Shown: positions 1 through 9,632 of the stretch, one piece after another
Layout of the letters: each line of letters opens with the position of its first letter
Position numbering within the stretch: position 1 is the stretch's first letter
Virus record (IMG/VR): IMGVR_UViG_3300045988_184255
From: a virus
DNA: 64,000 nucleotides
Strand: one strand, 5' to 3'
The notes under the pieces: model-generated
Databases searched by the model: none
The model's input: only the letters and a program-made list of their open reading frames with translations
Told to the model about the DNA's origin: nothing
Program-made: the position numbers and the translations under genes

Positions 1-275
1 GATACGCTCGGTACGAGTTTTGTGCTTACCGAAATCTTTCCGGATGCACGGACAAACATCTTTGGTGCTGTCTGCTGTGATGCAGACTCCCCCGAATATG
101 GACACCGTGTTCTTTTCGGGTGGGACCTCATCGAGCGCATGGCGGAATGCAGAAATTCTGATTGACTCAGGCAGGCACGGGAGAGGTTCGCCTCTCCCCT
201 GCTCTGCGCGGTTCGGGCAGCGGTGCAGCGTGCGTCGCCGCCTGAACTGCAGAAGACAAAAGAAAGGAGAACACC

Positions 276-1295
276 ATGGATTTAGATGCTCTGGACACCG
301 CATATGGTGCCGAGCAAATCGACTCCGATTTGCTGTTGACAGACATTCGCACAGGGCTTGAATACACTCTTCGGAACAAGACCTATTGTGGACAAGACCC
401 GTTCGGTAAAAGGCGCTACGGTGCTGATGCTGGGGATATGTGTTATGTCTTCGGTAAGGAGAACAACATCTTAAAGTTGGTCATCAACATTGCGTTGGAT
501 GGCGGCTACGGAATAAACCCGCTGCCTCGTGACGTGGCTGCGGCCATTCTGAGGGACGTAAGCGCTGCAATAAAACCTATTGCAAACAAGCACTCGGCAC
601 GAGCTATCATCAAGAAGCAGCCGTTTTGCTCTGCGGCAATGGGTGCCCGTTCAGGTGCCTTATTCCAATCAGCCGCATTATACGGCTACATCATATCAAC
701 GCCCTACGCTAAGGATACCGGCATTCCTGATGAGAAAATCATCTGGGATGCCAACAGAGACATTTGGTGCAAACGCTGCGGTCAGATTCGAGATACGCGA
801 TTTGCTGCCGGCCAGAAAACTGATTACACCATTCAGCCTTCCGATTTTGGGAAGGTATTCCTTCTCGGAGGCTCCCTGTATCGTATCATCGGAATGGGTG
901 AAAACAGCATGGACGAGGTACTCGTGCAAGGTGTAGACGGTCAAGATAAAGGCGATACCGTGGAGATATCTTTGCCCCTCGTTGAACACGCCCTGTACCT
1001 TGCCGAAATGCAAAATGTCAGTGTCTCAAGGGATGTGGAAACTGCTTTCTATGAGAATAAAAAGCATATCCAAGCCCTGCTGGACCGTGTTGGTGTGGAT
1101 GTGATGTACCGTGAGATGTTTGAGCTTGATGGCTTTACCTACGCATTGGTCGGCATCATACCCACCAAAGTAAAGGATATCTTCGGCGCTGTCCGCGTGG
1201 ACGAATCCGGAGAAACCTTTGATGATGTTCTGTTCTTCTCGTTCGGTGATGTCATTGAGGCGATTCGTTCTGAACGTGACGGAAGTAAAAGCTAA
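276..1295 (+). CDS. Paralog A of a four-member tandem family (339 aa), unknown function; conserved Y-C-x-x-DPFG-x-x-R-[YC]-G, [IV]PxxKIxWDA and G[VI]D[VI]xYREMF motifs
   Basis: ATG 276 preceded by aaagaaaggagaacacc; full-length ORF; motifs shared with the three downstream paralogs. Confidence 0.7.
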   Translation: MDLDALDTAYGAEQIDSDLLLTDIRTGLEYTLRNKTYCGQDPFGKRRYGADAGDMCYVFGKENNILKLVINIALDGGYGINPLPRDVAAAILRDVSAAIKPIANKHSARAIIKKQPFCSAAMGARSGALFQSAALYGYIISTPYAKDTGIPDEKIIWDANRDIWCKRCGQIRDTRFAAGQKTDYTIQPSDFGKVFLLGGSLYRIIGMGENSMDEVLVQGVDGQDKGDTVEISLPLVEHALYLAEMQNVSVSRDVETAFYENKKHIQALLDRVGVDVMYREMFELDGFTYALVGIIPTKVKDIFGAVRVDESGETFDDVLFFSFGDVIEAIRSERDGSKS

Positions 1296-1313
1296 AAAGA
1301 AAGGAGAAACGCT

Positions 1314-2351
1314 ATGAACCTGCACACACTTGACACCACCGTTGGTGCGGGAACAATCACCAGCAAGAATGGGCTCTGTGAGTTCATCAAACAGGTTGTT
1401 GAGTTCAACGTGAAGGGACAGGCCTATTGCTGTAAAGACCCCTTCGGAAAAGAACGCTACGGAAATGACCCCGACCTTCCCCACCCGTGCAAGGTATCGT
1501 ACGAAAAAGCTAATATCACAGAAGTCACACTCAACCTCATCGTAGACGCAGACAATCACAAGTACGTTGAGTCATGTGTTGGTGAGATGCGCGATGATAT
1601 TAAGGCGGCTTTGTGGTATGTGGCGGACACGTATAAGGCTCGGATTTTCGTGCAAAAGCCGTCATTCGGGACAAAGCGCAATGGTGCTGGACGGAGATTC
1701 AGGTTTGCGGTGTTCGGTATCGAGTTCATCCGGACGCCGTACCACAACAACCCCAACGTGCCTGATGAGAAAATCGTCTGGGATGCCCGATGCCTGCGAT
1801 TGCAAGAGGATATTGAAGATGAAAAAGGACGCACCAGCGGCCCTCCTCATATGCCTTTCTATCCGCTAAAATCAACCGATTATGAGCGTGAGTTTCTCTA
1901 TGAGGGTGCCATGTATCGTATTGTTGGCTTTGCGGACGAGTTCAGTTATCTGGACGTGCGACTGCAGCCTGCGGGAAGTACGGGAGACGAAGGCATCATA
2001 GTGGTTCCGTTGGCAAATCTTCGGCGACCTCTTTTTGATGATGACGCCGATATCCCCGCACGAAAACTGAAGGCGGCAAAGGAGGAAGAAGTAGACTTTT
2101 ACGAAGGCAGGGATTGTATCAAAGCCGCCCTCGCTCGTGATGGAGTATCCCTTATGTATCGTGAAATGTTCCAGTACGCCAAGCGCACCTATGCATTAAC
2201 TGCAATTACACCGGACGCGCAAAGTCAATCTTACATCTTCACCGCTACTTGCGTTGAGGACGAAGAAGAAAAAGCTGTCGGTGAAAAGCTCAAGCTCACG
2301 TATCAAGAGGTAATTAAACGAGTTATCGCCGACCGCAGACAGTGGGCTTAA
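1314..2351 (+). CDS. Paralog B of the Cys-x-x-DPFG tandem family (345 aa)
   Basis: RBS aaagaaaggagaaacgct then ATG; shares YCCKDPFGKERYG, VPDEKIVWDA, LMYREMFQ with neighbours. Confidence 0.7.
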   Translation: MNLHTLDTTVGAGTITSKNGLCEFIKQVVEFNVKGQAYCCKDPFGKERYGNDPDLPHPCKVSYEKANITEVTLNLIVDADNHKYVESCVGEMRDDIKAALWYVADTYKARIFVQKPSFGTKRNGAGRRFRFAVFGIEFIRTPYHNNPNVPDEKIVWDARCLRLQEDIEDEKGRTSGPPHMPFYPLKSTDYEREFLYEGAMYRIVGFADEFSYLDVRLQPAGSTGDEGIIVVPLANLRRPLFDDDADIPARKLKAAKEEEVDFYEGRDCIKAALARDGVSLMYREMFQYAKRTYALTAITPDAQSQSYIFTATCVEDEEEKAVGEKLKLTYQEVIKRVIADRRQWA

Positions 2352-2372
2352 AAAGCAAGAAAGGAGAAAGCT

Positions 2373-3467
2373 ATGGATTTGAAAACCATTGACACTGCAG
2401 CCGACATAGGACGTGCAGAGGGTTCATCCCTCTGCACGACACTGTGCAATTACGTCTATGAAGCGCTAAAGGACAAGGATTACTGTTGCAAGGACCCCTT
2501 TGGCGAGGCTCGCTGTGGCAACCGCCGCATCAACATTTGCTACGTATCCGGCGGAGCCGCAACCATCACCCATGTATCGCTTGCAATCTGCCTCAACAAT
2601 ATGCTCTTCGCAGATAATAAGCGTGGGATGAAGCTCTGTTGGACGGATATGTATAATGATGTCATGGCTGCTGCAAAGCAGGCTGCGGCGAAGCACAGTG
2701 CTCGTGTATTTGCACCGAAACAGGTGCTGGGTACTGTACCACGTATTCAGACGGACTGGGCCAGTATGTCGAAGAGTGTCTACTCAAATGAAAAGCCTGA
2801 TTCTTTGCCGCGAGTCGAGAAATCCTATGTTGCAAAGTTTTCCTTTGCCTTCTATCGGACATCCTACTATGCCGACAAGGATATTCCTGATTCCAAAATC
2901 ATCTGGGATGCCTTCTGCCGGCAGAGGGAGGAACACTTCAGGCTTCACAAAGCGGATAAAACTATCATGCAGCCGGTCTATAAACTGAAGTATTCCGATT
3001 ACGGCAGGTTGTTCTCTTATATTGAAACGACCTACTGTATCGAGGGCATCGACAAAAACAGCCTCCCCATCGGAGTATCCCTCCGCCAGATGGACGGCAG
3101 GGAACCCGGCAAGACTGTTGAATGGCCTTTCAACCGCGTGGAAGAGATTCTACGTGATATTGAGGACAGCATGGCTGCTGACCAGCATATTGAGTCAGGC
3201 AAGGAAGAGGAGGCTATGTTCTACAAGAACAAGCAGGTCATCCAACGCCGACTCGACGAGGAGGGCATCGACATCGTCTACCGTGAAATGTTTGACTTCT
3301 GCGGATGCAGTTATGTTCTTACTGCCATCCACCCCAAGGCACGAAAGCACGTCTTCACAGCTATTTGCCTTGGCGACGAGGAGGGGAAGGAGAAGGCTCA
3401 CAAAAAGACCTTTGGCTGGGAGCTGCTCCGCATTATCAGCACACACAGATTTACCGCCACCGCCTGA
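2373..3467 (+). CDS. Paralog C of the Cys-x-x-DPFG tandem family (364 aa)
   Basis: RBS aagaaaggagaaagct then ATG; YCCKDPFGEARCG, IPDSKIIWDA, IVYREMFD. Confidence 0.7.
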   Translation: MDLKTIDTAADIGRAEGSSLCTTLCNYVYEALKDKDYCCKDPFGEARCGNRRINICYVSGGAATITHVSLAICLNNMLFADNKRGMKLCWTDMYNDVMAAAKQAAAKHSARVFAPKQVLGTVPRIQTDWASMSKSVYSNEKPDSLPRVEKSYVAKFSFAFYRTSYYADKDIPDSKIIWDAFCRQREEHFRLHKADKTIMQPVYKLKYSDYGRLFSYIETTYCIEGIDKNSLPIGVSLRQMDGREPGKTVEWPFNRVEEILRDIEDSMAADQHIESGKEEEAMFYKNKQVIQRRLDEEGIDIVYREMFDFCGCSYVLTAIHPKARKHVFTAICLGDEEGKEKAHKKTFGWELLRIISTHRFTATA

Positions 3468-3487
3468 AAGGAGAGACCTTACGACCG

Positions 3488-3517
3488 AAAAGCGCCCCTA
3501 CGGGCGCTTTTCTTTTG
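3488..3517 (+). terminator. Rho-independent terminator closing the paralog A-C operon (aaaagcgcccctacgggcgcttttctttt)
   Basis: GC stem with tacg loop followed by T-run; first element of the repeated cassette. Confidence 0.7.
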
Positions 3518-3527
3518 CCTGAAATCA

Positions 3528-3661
3528 TTGACAAAATATCAAACTGTGGTAGTATAGAATTATAATTACGAAGCTATTTTTATAAAGGAGAGTATCTCCG
3601 TTTCAAGTCACCATACATAAATTCAGACAGTTATCCCAATCTTGGGTGGCTGTCTTTTTTT
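3528..3661 (+). promoter_or_regulatory. Cassette copy 1: promoter TTGACA-N16-TGgTAGTATAGAAT, SD-sequestering hairpin (GGAGA gta TCTCC), and leader hairpin agacagttatcccaa/ttgggtggctgtct plus T7
   Basis: Near-identical sequence occurs six times in the window at operon heads. Confidence 0.75.
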
Positions 3662-3726
3662 ATATATTTTTATACATTTTATATGCCCATAAGTCCTCTT
3701 AATAGGCAGGGAGAAAGGAGAAAAAT

Positions 3727-4758
3727 ATGGATGTGAAATCTCTCAACGGCTCATCCGGAAGATGGAGCGATATTAGTCTGGCCGTACCATTTGATACCGG
3801 CATGGATAGAAAGATTCGTGACAAGCTGATGGATGCCGTGGCGGAAGAACTGAAAGGCAACGCCAACTGCGGCTACGACCCTTTCGGTGCAGAACGCTTC
3901 GGCATCAAGCGCCATAACTGTGGCTACATTCAGAAAAACGGCAGCTACATCGTCGGTATTGGTATCCGCATTGTGATGGATACAAATTACGATTCAGACG
4001 TGTCCCGCGAGCTTATTCGTCAGGATATGCTTCCTGCTGTGCAGCGTGTGGCAGCACAGTTCGGCGTAAGGGCAACCGTTGTGGAACGGAGTTCGCAACT
4101 CTTCGATGCGGAGTTGGAGGACAAAACAATCAGGCGCAATGTTCTCATCAATCTGTTTGAGTGCAGATTTTACCGCACAGTATTCCATGACGAAGCGCAA
4201 GTTCCGACCGAAAAAATCGAGTGGGATGCCTACTGCGCTCACTGTGCGACTTTGCCACGGGACGTTCCGCCAAAACGTTTGCTGAATCCGAACGATTTCG
4301 GCATCACCTTCAAGAAGGGACGATATGAGTACGAACTCGTTGGTGTCTACAAGTACCGTCCGTGGAAGTACGTTGTTGGAAAGCGAATCGGCGAAGTCTC
4401 TACTGGCAAGGAAATCCTCATTCCCCGTGAGGAGATGGAGCAGATTTGCTACGAGCTGCAATGCACAGACAAGGATGCTCTGGCCTTGGAAAATGCCAAG
4501 GACGAAGAAGCCGCATTCTACCGCAACAAAGAGTATATCCGGCATCGACTTGAACGCTTTGGCATCGACATTTCCTACCGTGAGATGTACTCGTATGACG
4601 GACATGACTTTATCATCATCGGCATCCAGCCGAAAGCCCATACCTACCCCTTCGTGGTGCGTTGTGTGGATGAGGACGGTCCGATGTCCGGTAAGGTGAG
4701 CAAGCAGCGGTTATGGAACGTTTTGGACGTGATTGCTGCGGAACGCAGAAAGCAATAG
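3727..4758 (+). CDS. Paralog D of the Cys-x-x-DPFG tandem family (343 aa), first gene after cassette 1
   Basis: RBS gggagaaaggagaaaaat then ATG; NCGYDPFGAERFG, VPTEKIEWDA, ISYREMYS. Confidence 0.7.
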   Translation: MDVKSLNGSSGRWSDISLAVPFDTGMDRKIRDKLMDAVAEELKGNANCGYDPFGAERFGIKRHNCGYIQKNGSYIVGIGIRIVMDTNYDSDVSRELIRQDMLPAVQRVAAQFGVRATVVERSSQLFDAELEDKTIRRNVLINLFECRFYRTVFHDEAQVPTEKIEWDAYCAHCATLPRDVPPKRLLNPNDFGITFKKGRYEYELVGVYKYRPWKYVVGKRIGEVSTGKEILIPREEMEQICYELQCTDKDALALENAKDEEAAFYRNKEYIRHRLERFGIDISYREMYSYDGHDFIIIGIQPKAHTYPFVVRCVDEDGPMSGKVSKQRLWNVLDVIAAERRKQ

Positions 4759-4772
4759 AAAGGAGAATACCC

Positions 4773-5006
4773 ATGCAGACATTCTTAGGCACTGTCAGAG
4801 GTGTTGGTGTGATGCTGTTTGTGGCGTTCCTGCTGGTCGGCTCGTTGTGGCTCGGCCTTCATCACGTCACCTTCATCGGCGAAAAGTTCAAGGGACGTAC
4901 CGGCAGCTTGCTGGCCTACCTTGCACTCATCATCATCTTTGGCGGCGGGCTGGCATTGGCGGTCATTATCTCCATCCAGTGTCCTATCAGCCCGCTTCAT
5001 CAGTAG
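4773..5006 (+). CDS. Small membrane protein (77 aa, two predicted TM helices)
   Basis: RBS agaaaggagaataccc then ATG; hydrophobic stretches VMLFVAFLLVGSLWLGL and LLAYLALIIIFGGGLALAVIISI. Confidence 0.5.
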   Translation: MQTFLGTVRGVGVMLFVAFLLVGSLWLGLHHVTFIGEKFKGRTGSLLAYLALIIIFGGGLALAVIISIQCPISPLHQ

Positions 5007-5059
5007 GAATACATTTTGTTTCCCGTAAGACCTTTAAGGCTGGGAGAAAGGAGAAAATA

Positions 5060-7081
5060 ATGAGCAAAATTCATCTGTCCTTTTTAGCCCCCGGAAAGAA
5101 TTCCGGATACAAAGATACCGTAACGGACATCTACTACAAGGGTATGAATGTGGGGTACATCCTTGAGAACAGAGATACCCTCCGCGATGACACCAAGAAC
5201 TATATGGCATATCGGTTCGCCCATTGCGGCACTGATTATTGGGCTCGCGGCGAGTACATCTATGGCAGCCAATCTTCTACCATCGCAGGGGCAAAGGAGA
5301 AGTTCAGAGCTTGGTTCGAACGCGACGGCGTGGGCACTTACGAGAAGTCCGCGCCCAAGGTCAGACAGCGGCACGCCACCGCACCTGAAACTCTCACCTC
5401 TTACGTCTGCGGTAAGGCACTCCGCATGGTGGACTGGTCTGCCGTGCGCGATGGCGACATTCTGAACCCCATTTGCGGGGACATGAGTGAGCTGCAGCTT
5501 CACGAGTGCTTCCGTCGTTTTGCCGGCTGGTACAGAAACAAGAACAAGGTCTGGCAGCACGAAAGTGCATATTACGGTGAAAAGTATTTGGATACCGTGG
5601 TAGAAGATGTTTGTGTGGCGGAAACGCTGAAGGAAGAAGGCATCCGTGTCGTCTACGACGACTTTGCAAAGTTCAACACACTGAAACCCTATCCCCTCAT
5701 CATGTTCGCCCACACATCGGCGGTCTCCCCTGCTTTCGCTGCACGGTGGATTGGCAAATCTTTGACCATGCTGCGAAAATGCGGCGGTCAGCTTCTCGCC
5801 ATCCTTCCCTACTCCACACTGGCTGCAGACACTTCGCTGTCTTATATGCTGGAAACGAAGAGAATCAATGCCTCTATGTTCTATGTGGAGAAGGAGTTCA
5901 AGCGTGACAGAACGAGACGGACGGCTCCTGAGTGGGTAATTATCCATGTCAACGTCAAGCCGACGAACGCATATAGCCGGAATGAAGCGGATGTATTGAG
6001 CGAGAATCTTACGACTATGCGTGACTACGAGGTTCAGAAGCCGTTCCTTCCCGATTGGAGGAAGAAGTTTCCGCAGGACATCATTGAGGAATTTGAGCTC
6101 AAGGCTCGTATTTGCAACTCCTTCATTGGCTCCTACGAAGAGGTTAAGCCCTTTATAATGAGCGGCTCTGAGTGTTACGACCAGCCCTATGTCAAACTGG
6201 CCGTGGACGACCATCCTTGGAGGGATTCCGGCGTTGAACTTCGAATGGCGTGCTTGGAGAAGATTCGAGCACACTTTTGGAACGTTTTCATGAGCAGAGC
6301 TGCGAACACCGACTGTATGCCTGATGGACTGAAGTCCGATTATGAGCGGCTTCTTACGGAGCTGAAGGACTATGACCTCAACGACTACACGGTGAAGCGG
6401 GTACTGGAGGACATCCACAGGAAGCTGCATAGGGGTTGCACCACTTCCCTGCTGAACCTGTTCGATAGGCTTGGGAGTATGGGAAGTAGGCAACGGTATG
6501 ATGTGTACGATTACGATGTGGACACGCTATCAAGTGAGAACACCCAGAAATATTGCTCTTTCGACAAGAAACAGACCGCTGGGTTCCGTTTGGTGTTCCC
6601 GAACCTCTCTATGTACTACTACGTCTTCGACTGCTACAGAAATGCTTTCAATCAGGGTAAAGCCGCATATGTGGTGCATGATATGGAAAGCGCTCTGCAT
6701 CTTCTCAACGGTGGCAAGAATATACCTAACGCTATCGACCCGATGACTGCTGTCAACGATAATGTCACAAACGGGAAAAGCGCCGGTAAAAGTATCGCAT
6801 TCACGTTCTTTACCGGTTCTTTCTATAAGAAAGGCATTCTGAAGTTGAAGTTCAAGGACTCCGCCAAACTGCTCATCGACCGGCTGAACATTTTCGTCGG
6901 TATGAAGCGCGGCTGGTTGCCTGCTGACTACGGCACCAAGCCGTATGATGCTTTGAGTAACGCTGAAAAGAAAGTCATTGACAGCTTCCAAAGCCGTGAG
7001 GAGTACGATGCAGTCGTTGCAAATCCTGATGAGTACATCATCAAGGATTTCGACATTGAGAAGCTGTTTGAAGCGCGTTAA
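5060..7081 (+). CDS. Large protein of unknown function (673 aa)
   Basis: ATG 5060 preceded by an orphan copy of the cassette 3-prime motif (ttcccgtaagacctttaaggctgggagaaaggagaaaataATG); long ORF. Confidence 0.65.
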   Translation: MSKIHLSFLAPGKNSGYKDTVTDIYYKGMNVGYILENRDTLRDDTKNYMAYRFAHCGTDYWARGEYIYGSQSSTIAGAKEKFRAWFERDGVGTYEKSAPKVRQRHATAPETLTSYVCGKALRMVDWSAVRDGDILNPICGDMSELQLHECFRRFAGWYRNKNKVWQHESAYYGEKYLDTVVEDVCVAETLKEEGIRVVYDDFAKFNTLKPYPLIMFAHTSAVSPAFAARWIGKSLTMLRKCGGQLLAILPYSTLAADTSLSYMLETKRINASMFYVEKEFKRDRTRRTAPEWVIIHVNVKPTNAYSRNEADVLSENLTTMRDYEVQKPFLPDWRKKFPQDIIEEFELKARICNSFIGSYEEVKPFIMSGSECYDQPYVKLAVDDHPWRDSGVELRMACLEKIRAHFWNVFMSRAANTDCMPDGLKSDYERLLTELKDYDLNDYTVKRVLEDIHRKLHRGCTTSLLNLFDRLGSMGSRQRYDVYDYDVDTLSSENTQKYCSFDKKQTAGFRLVFPNLSMYYYVFDCYRNAFNQGKAAYVVHDMESALHLLNGGKNIPNAIDPMTAVNDNVTNGKSAGKSIAFTFFTGSFYKKGILKLKFKDSAKLLIDRLNIFVGMKRGWLPADYGTKPYDALSNAEKKVIDSFQSREEYDAVVANPDEYIIKDFDIEKLFEAR

Positions 7082-7106
7082 TTGTGAAAGGAGAATCATC
7101 TACTGC

Positions 7107-7139
7107 GAAAAGCGTCCCTGACGGGGCGCTTTTCTTTTC
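7107..7139 (+). terminator. Rho-independent terminator (gaaaagcgtccctgacggggcgcttttcttttc)
   Basis: GC hairpin plus T-run immediately 3-prime of the 5060..7081 stop. Confidence 0.7.
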
Positions 7140-7150
7140 GACTAAAACGA

Positions 7151-7286
7151 TTGACAAAATATCAAACTGTGGTAGTATAGAATTATAATTACGAAGCTAT
7201 TTTTATAAAGGAGATTATCTCCATTTTCCAAGTCACCATACGTAAATTCAGACAGTTATCCCAATCTTGGGGTAGCTGTCTTTTTT
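7151..7286 (+). promoter_or_regulatory. Cassette copy 2 (promoter plus leader hairpins)
   Basis: Same TTGACAaaatatcaaactgtggtagtatagaat ... agacagttatcccaatcttggggtagctgtcttttttat as copy 1. Confidence 0.75.
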
Positions 7287-7352
7287 ATATATTTTCATAC
7301 ATTTTGAGTTCCCGTAAGTCCTTATTACAGGCAGGGAGAAAGGAGAAAAACA

Positions 7353-7937
7353 ATGAGTGTCATCAACACCCGACTCGCCTATCTCTATCGTGATGCGGAC
7401 AACTACAAAGTTCGTCACGAGGTCGTTTTCGCCGGCCAGATGTCGGAGGAGGAAAAGATGCGTATTATCGCCAGTCTCGATGACGGCGAATACTTCATCC
7501 CCGGCCCTCTCGGTCTGAACGACGAGCGTTTCGGCAGTGAGACGGAGGCCGACCATCCCTTCTTTGAGTTCTGCTACTTCGAGGAAACCACGGATAAGCC
7601 GACGACCGATATCTCCATCGCCGAAATCGTCAAACGGTTCGAGGACAATGCCCATCTCTGGAAGGATTACGAGACTTCCTTGGAAGACGTTGAACTCAAC
7701 GAGGTAAACGACATCAAGATGCCCGCACCTGACACTGAGGAAGACCTCTCCCCCCGTGCCAAGGCTCTCCTGTTTGAGACGCTGGAGCTGTTCCGGAAGG
7801 AAATCAGCCCCAAGTTCTCCGACTGGAAGGATGCCGACGATTGGCTGTTCAGCAGCCTGAGTATCACCAAGGACGAGCTGCAGGATATCTACGCCGACCA
7901 TGACGTGATGGTCTATGGCGAGTCTGCGGCGGACTGA
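7353..7937 (+). CDS. Strongly acidic protein (194 aa, D/E-rich); speculative DNA-mimic or anti-restriction-like candidate
   Basis: RBS gggagaaaggagaaaaaca then ATG; high Asp/Glu content; first gene after the cassette. Confidence 0.6.
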   Translation: MSVINTRLAYLYRDADNYKVRHEVVFAGQMSEEEKMRIIASLDDGEYFIPGPLGLNDERFGSETEADHPFFEFCYFEETTDKPTTDISIAEIVKRFEDNAHLWKDYETSLEDVELNEVNDIKMPAPDTEEDLSPRAKALLFETLELFRKEISPKFSDWKDADDWLFSSLSITKDELQDIYADHDVMVYGESAAD

Positions 7938-7946
7938 GAGGCTGCT

Positions 7947-8195
7947 ATGGGCATTGGACGAGTCCTCACGTGGAAGTACGTCATCCGTGACAGCGATGGC
8001 TATACGCTTTGCGCTGACCCCAGAGCATCCGGCTACGCCTATTACTGGTCGAAAATCGACCATGATGGCGTGCAGCCCATCGTCTTCGGCGATAGGGCTC
8101 AGGCGCAGAGCTATCTCGACGCTATGCGGCACAACGAGCCGCTCAATCGCAGATGGGACCAATGTCGGGTCGAAGGCCCGTTCATGGATTTGTAA
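7947..8195 (+). CDS. Small protein (82 aa), unknown
   Basis: ORF closely follows the previous stop; weak RBS gagagg. Confidence 0.4.
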   Translation: MGIGRVLTWKYVIRDSDGYTLCADPRASGYAYYWSKIDHDGVQPIVFGDRAQAQSYLDAMRHNEPLNRRWDQCRVEGPFMDL

Positions 8196-8222
8196 GTCAA
8201 AAAATTGAAAGGAGAAAAAACA

Positions 8223-8885
8223 ATGTTCAAAATCATCAGCATCGACGAAACTCAGTTTTTCTGCAACGGCTGCGGGGAGGTATTCGTATGGGAGTTCAAC
8301 ACCCCCGACAAGAAGCCCCCCAAGGACTGGGATGGGCGGTATGACACCGCTTCCCTGTGCAGCATCAACGTTCCCGACTATCGCGGCGTGCCCGGACTGT
8401 ACCCCTCCGGCTTCGATACCAAGCTCGCCGAGTACGATAAGGAAAAGTACGAAGCATTCCTGAAGGGAGAGTATCAGCCTCCTGTGGAAGACATGGACTG
8501 GTACACGAAGGTGCCTCCCCTGCTGCGCTGGGCCTATTTCACCTGCTGGGCCGACAGCCTGAACTTCCCCACCTACATCGCCACTGTGAACGGCCAGCCG
8601 TGTTTGCTGATTATCGCAGAGGCCGGTGAGGAGATGTCCAAAAAGGACGGAAAGCGGGACGTCAGCATCCGCAAGGCGCTGATGGAATCTGGCCGCAAGC
8701 TGGCCGAGAAGCTGAACGCGGATGAGAAGCTGAAGAAGCTGCACGCAGATGTGCTGTTCCCCAAGGACACGGATACCCCGTTTTGCCAGTGGGAACTGTA
8801 TGTCGCCATCCCCGTGACGGAGAATGTCACCTTTGAGGACATCAAGGCCGTAGCGGACGTGATGGACGAGTGCATCGACTACTGA
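8223..8885 (+). CDS. Protein of unknown function (220 aa) with N-terminal CxxC pair
   Basis: RBS ttgaaaggagaaaaaaca then ATG. Confidence 0.6.
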   Translation: MFKIISIDETQFFCNGCGEVFVWEFNTPDKKPPKDWDGRYDTASLCSINVPDYRGVPGLYPSGFDTKLAEYDKEKYEAFLKGEYQPPVEDMDWYTKVPPLLRWAYFTCWADSLNFPTYIATVNGQPCLLIIAEAGEEMSKKDGKRDVSIRKALMESGRKLAEKLNADEKLKKLHADVLFPKDTDTPFCQWELYVAIPVTENVTFEDIKAVADVMDECIDY

Positions 8886-8946
8886 TGCCCAAATGAGGGC
8901 GGGGAAGTCCCCGCCCTCTCTTGCGAAGAAGAAAGGAGAATACATT

Positions 8947-9630
8947 ATGACCTTTAAGTCTGACAGACCTGTCGGGCGGTACTGCATTGTGCCGAATAGT
9001 TTGGTCGTGGACTACGACAAGACCATCATCTTCCGTGACCGGCGAGGTAATCCCGTGTTCACCCTGCCCAATGGCGGGAAACTGCTGATTACCGATGGGC
9101 CTCGTGCTGAACCCAAAGTCTACACCTGCCGGTTCATCGACGAGTCGCACTTCAAGCTGGCCGCAAAGGGCGAGGGTTCTTGGCCGTATCATCACGACCA
9201 GTTCATTGAGCGTATGGAGTCCATGCGCGGCTGTACCTATCGTCCTGAAAAGTTCGACACACGGCTGGGTGTCTATCAGCGCATCTATTCTGACAGAACC
9301 CGACTGACAGAGGAAGGAAAGCCTGTCACGTTTCGTGTCATGTTGGCACAGGAGTTTGACGACTTCGAGCGCCGCTGTTATGTGTCCTACTGCCGCAGCG
9401 AGAGCGTTGTGGCTGTGTCCACCTCTATCGTGTATCCCAAGAAAGAACGCTATAAGGAGTTCATTCCTGCAAAGGAATTTCTGGAGATGCTGCACGGTGA
9501 GCGTACGATGTCCGAAACGCTCAACAGGATGCCGCCGTTTACTGACCTCAATATTGAGTTCATGACGGCGTTCATCACCGACAACGACGAGGTTGGTCAT
9601 ATGGAACCCGCCGACGAGAAAGGAGACTGA
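8947..9630 (+). CDS. Protein of unknown function (227 aa)
   Basis: RBS gaagaaaggagaatacatt then ATG. Confidence 0.6.
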   Translation: MTFKSDRPVGRYCIVPNSLVVDYDKTIIFRDRRGNPVFTLPNGGKLLITDGPRAEPKVYTCRFIDESHFKLAAKGEGSWPYHHDQFIERMESMRGCTYRPEKFDTRLGVYQRIYSDRTRLTEEGKPVTFRVMLAQEFDDFERRCYVSYCRSESVVAVSTSIVYPKKERYKEFIPAKEFLEMLHGERTMSETLNRMPPFTDLNIEFMTAFITDNDEVGHMEPADEKGD

Positions 9631-9632
9631 AA

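Noticed and set aside
3528-3726. Frpo-like single-stranded DNA promoter (hairpin that reconstitutes -35 and -10 in the transferred strand)
   Set aside because: I looked for an extended inverted repeat complementary to the TTGACA...TATAGAAT segment within each cassette. I found only short partial matches (atattttcata versus atattttgtca). The cassette looks like an ordinary double-stranded promoter plus a leader terminator. I retain the leading-region idea but not the Frpo mechanism.
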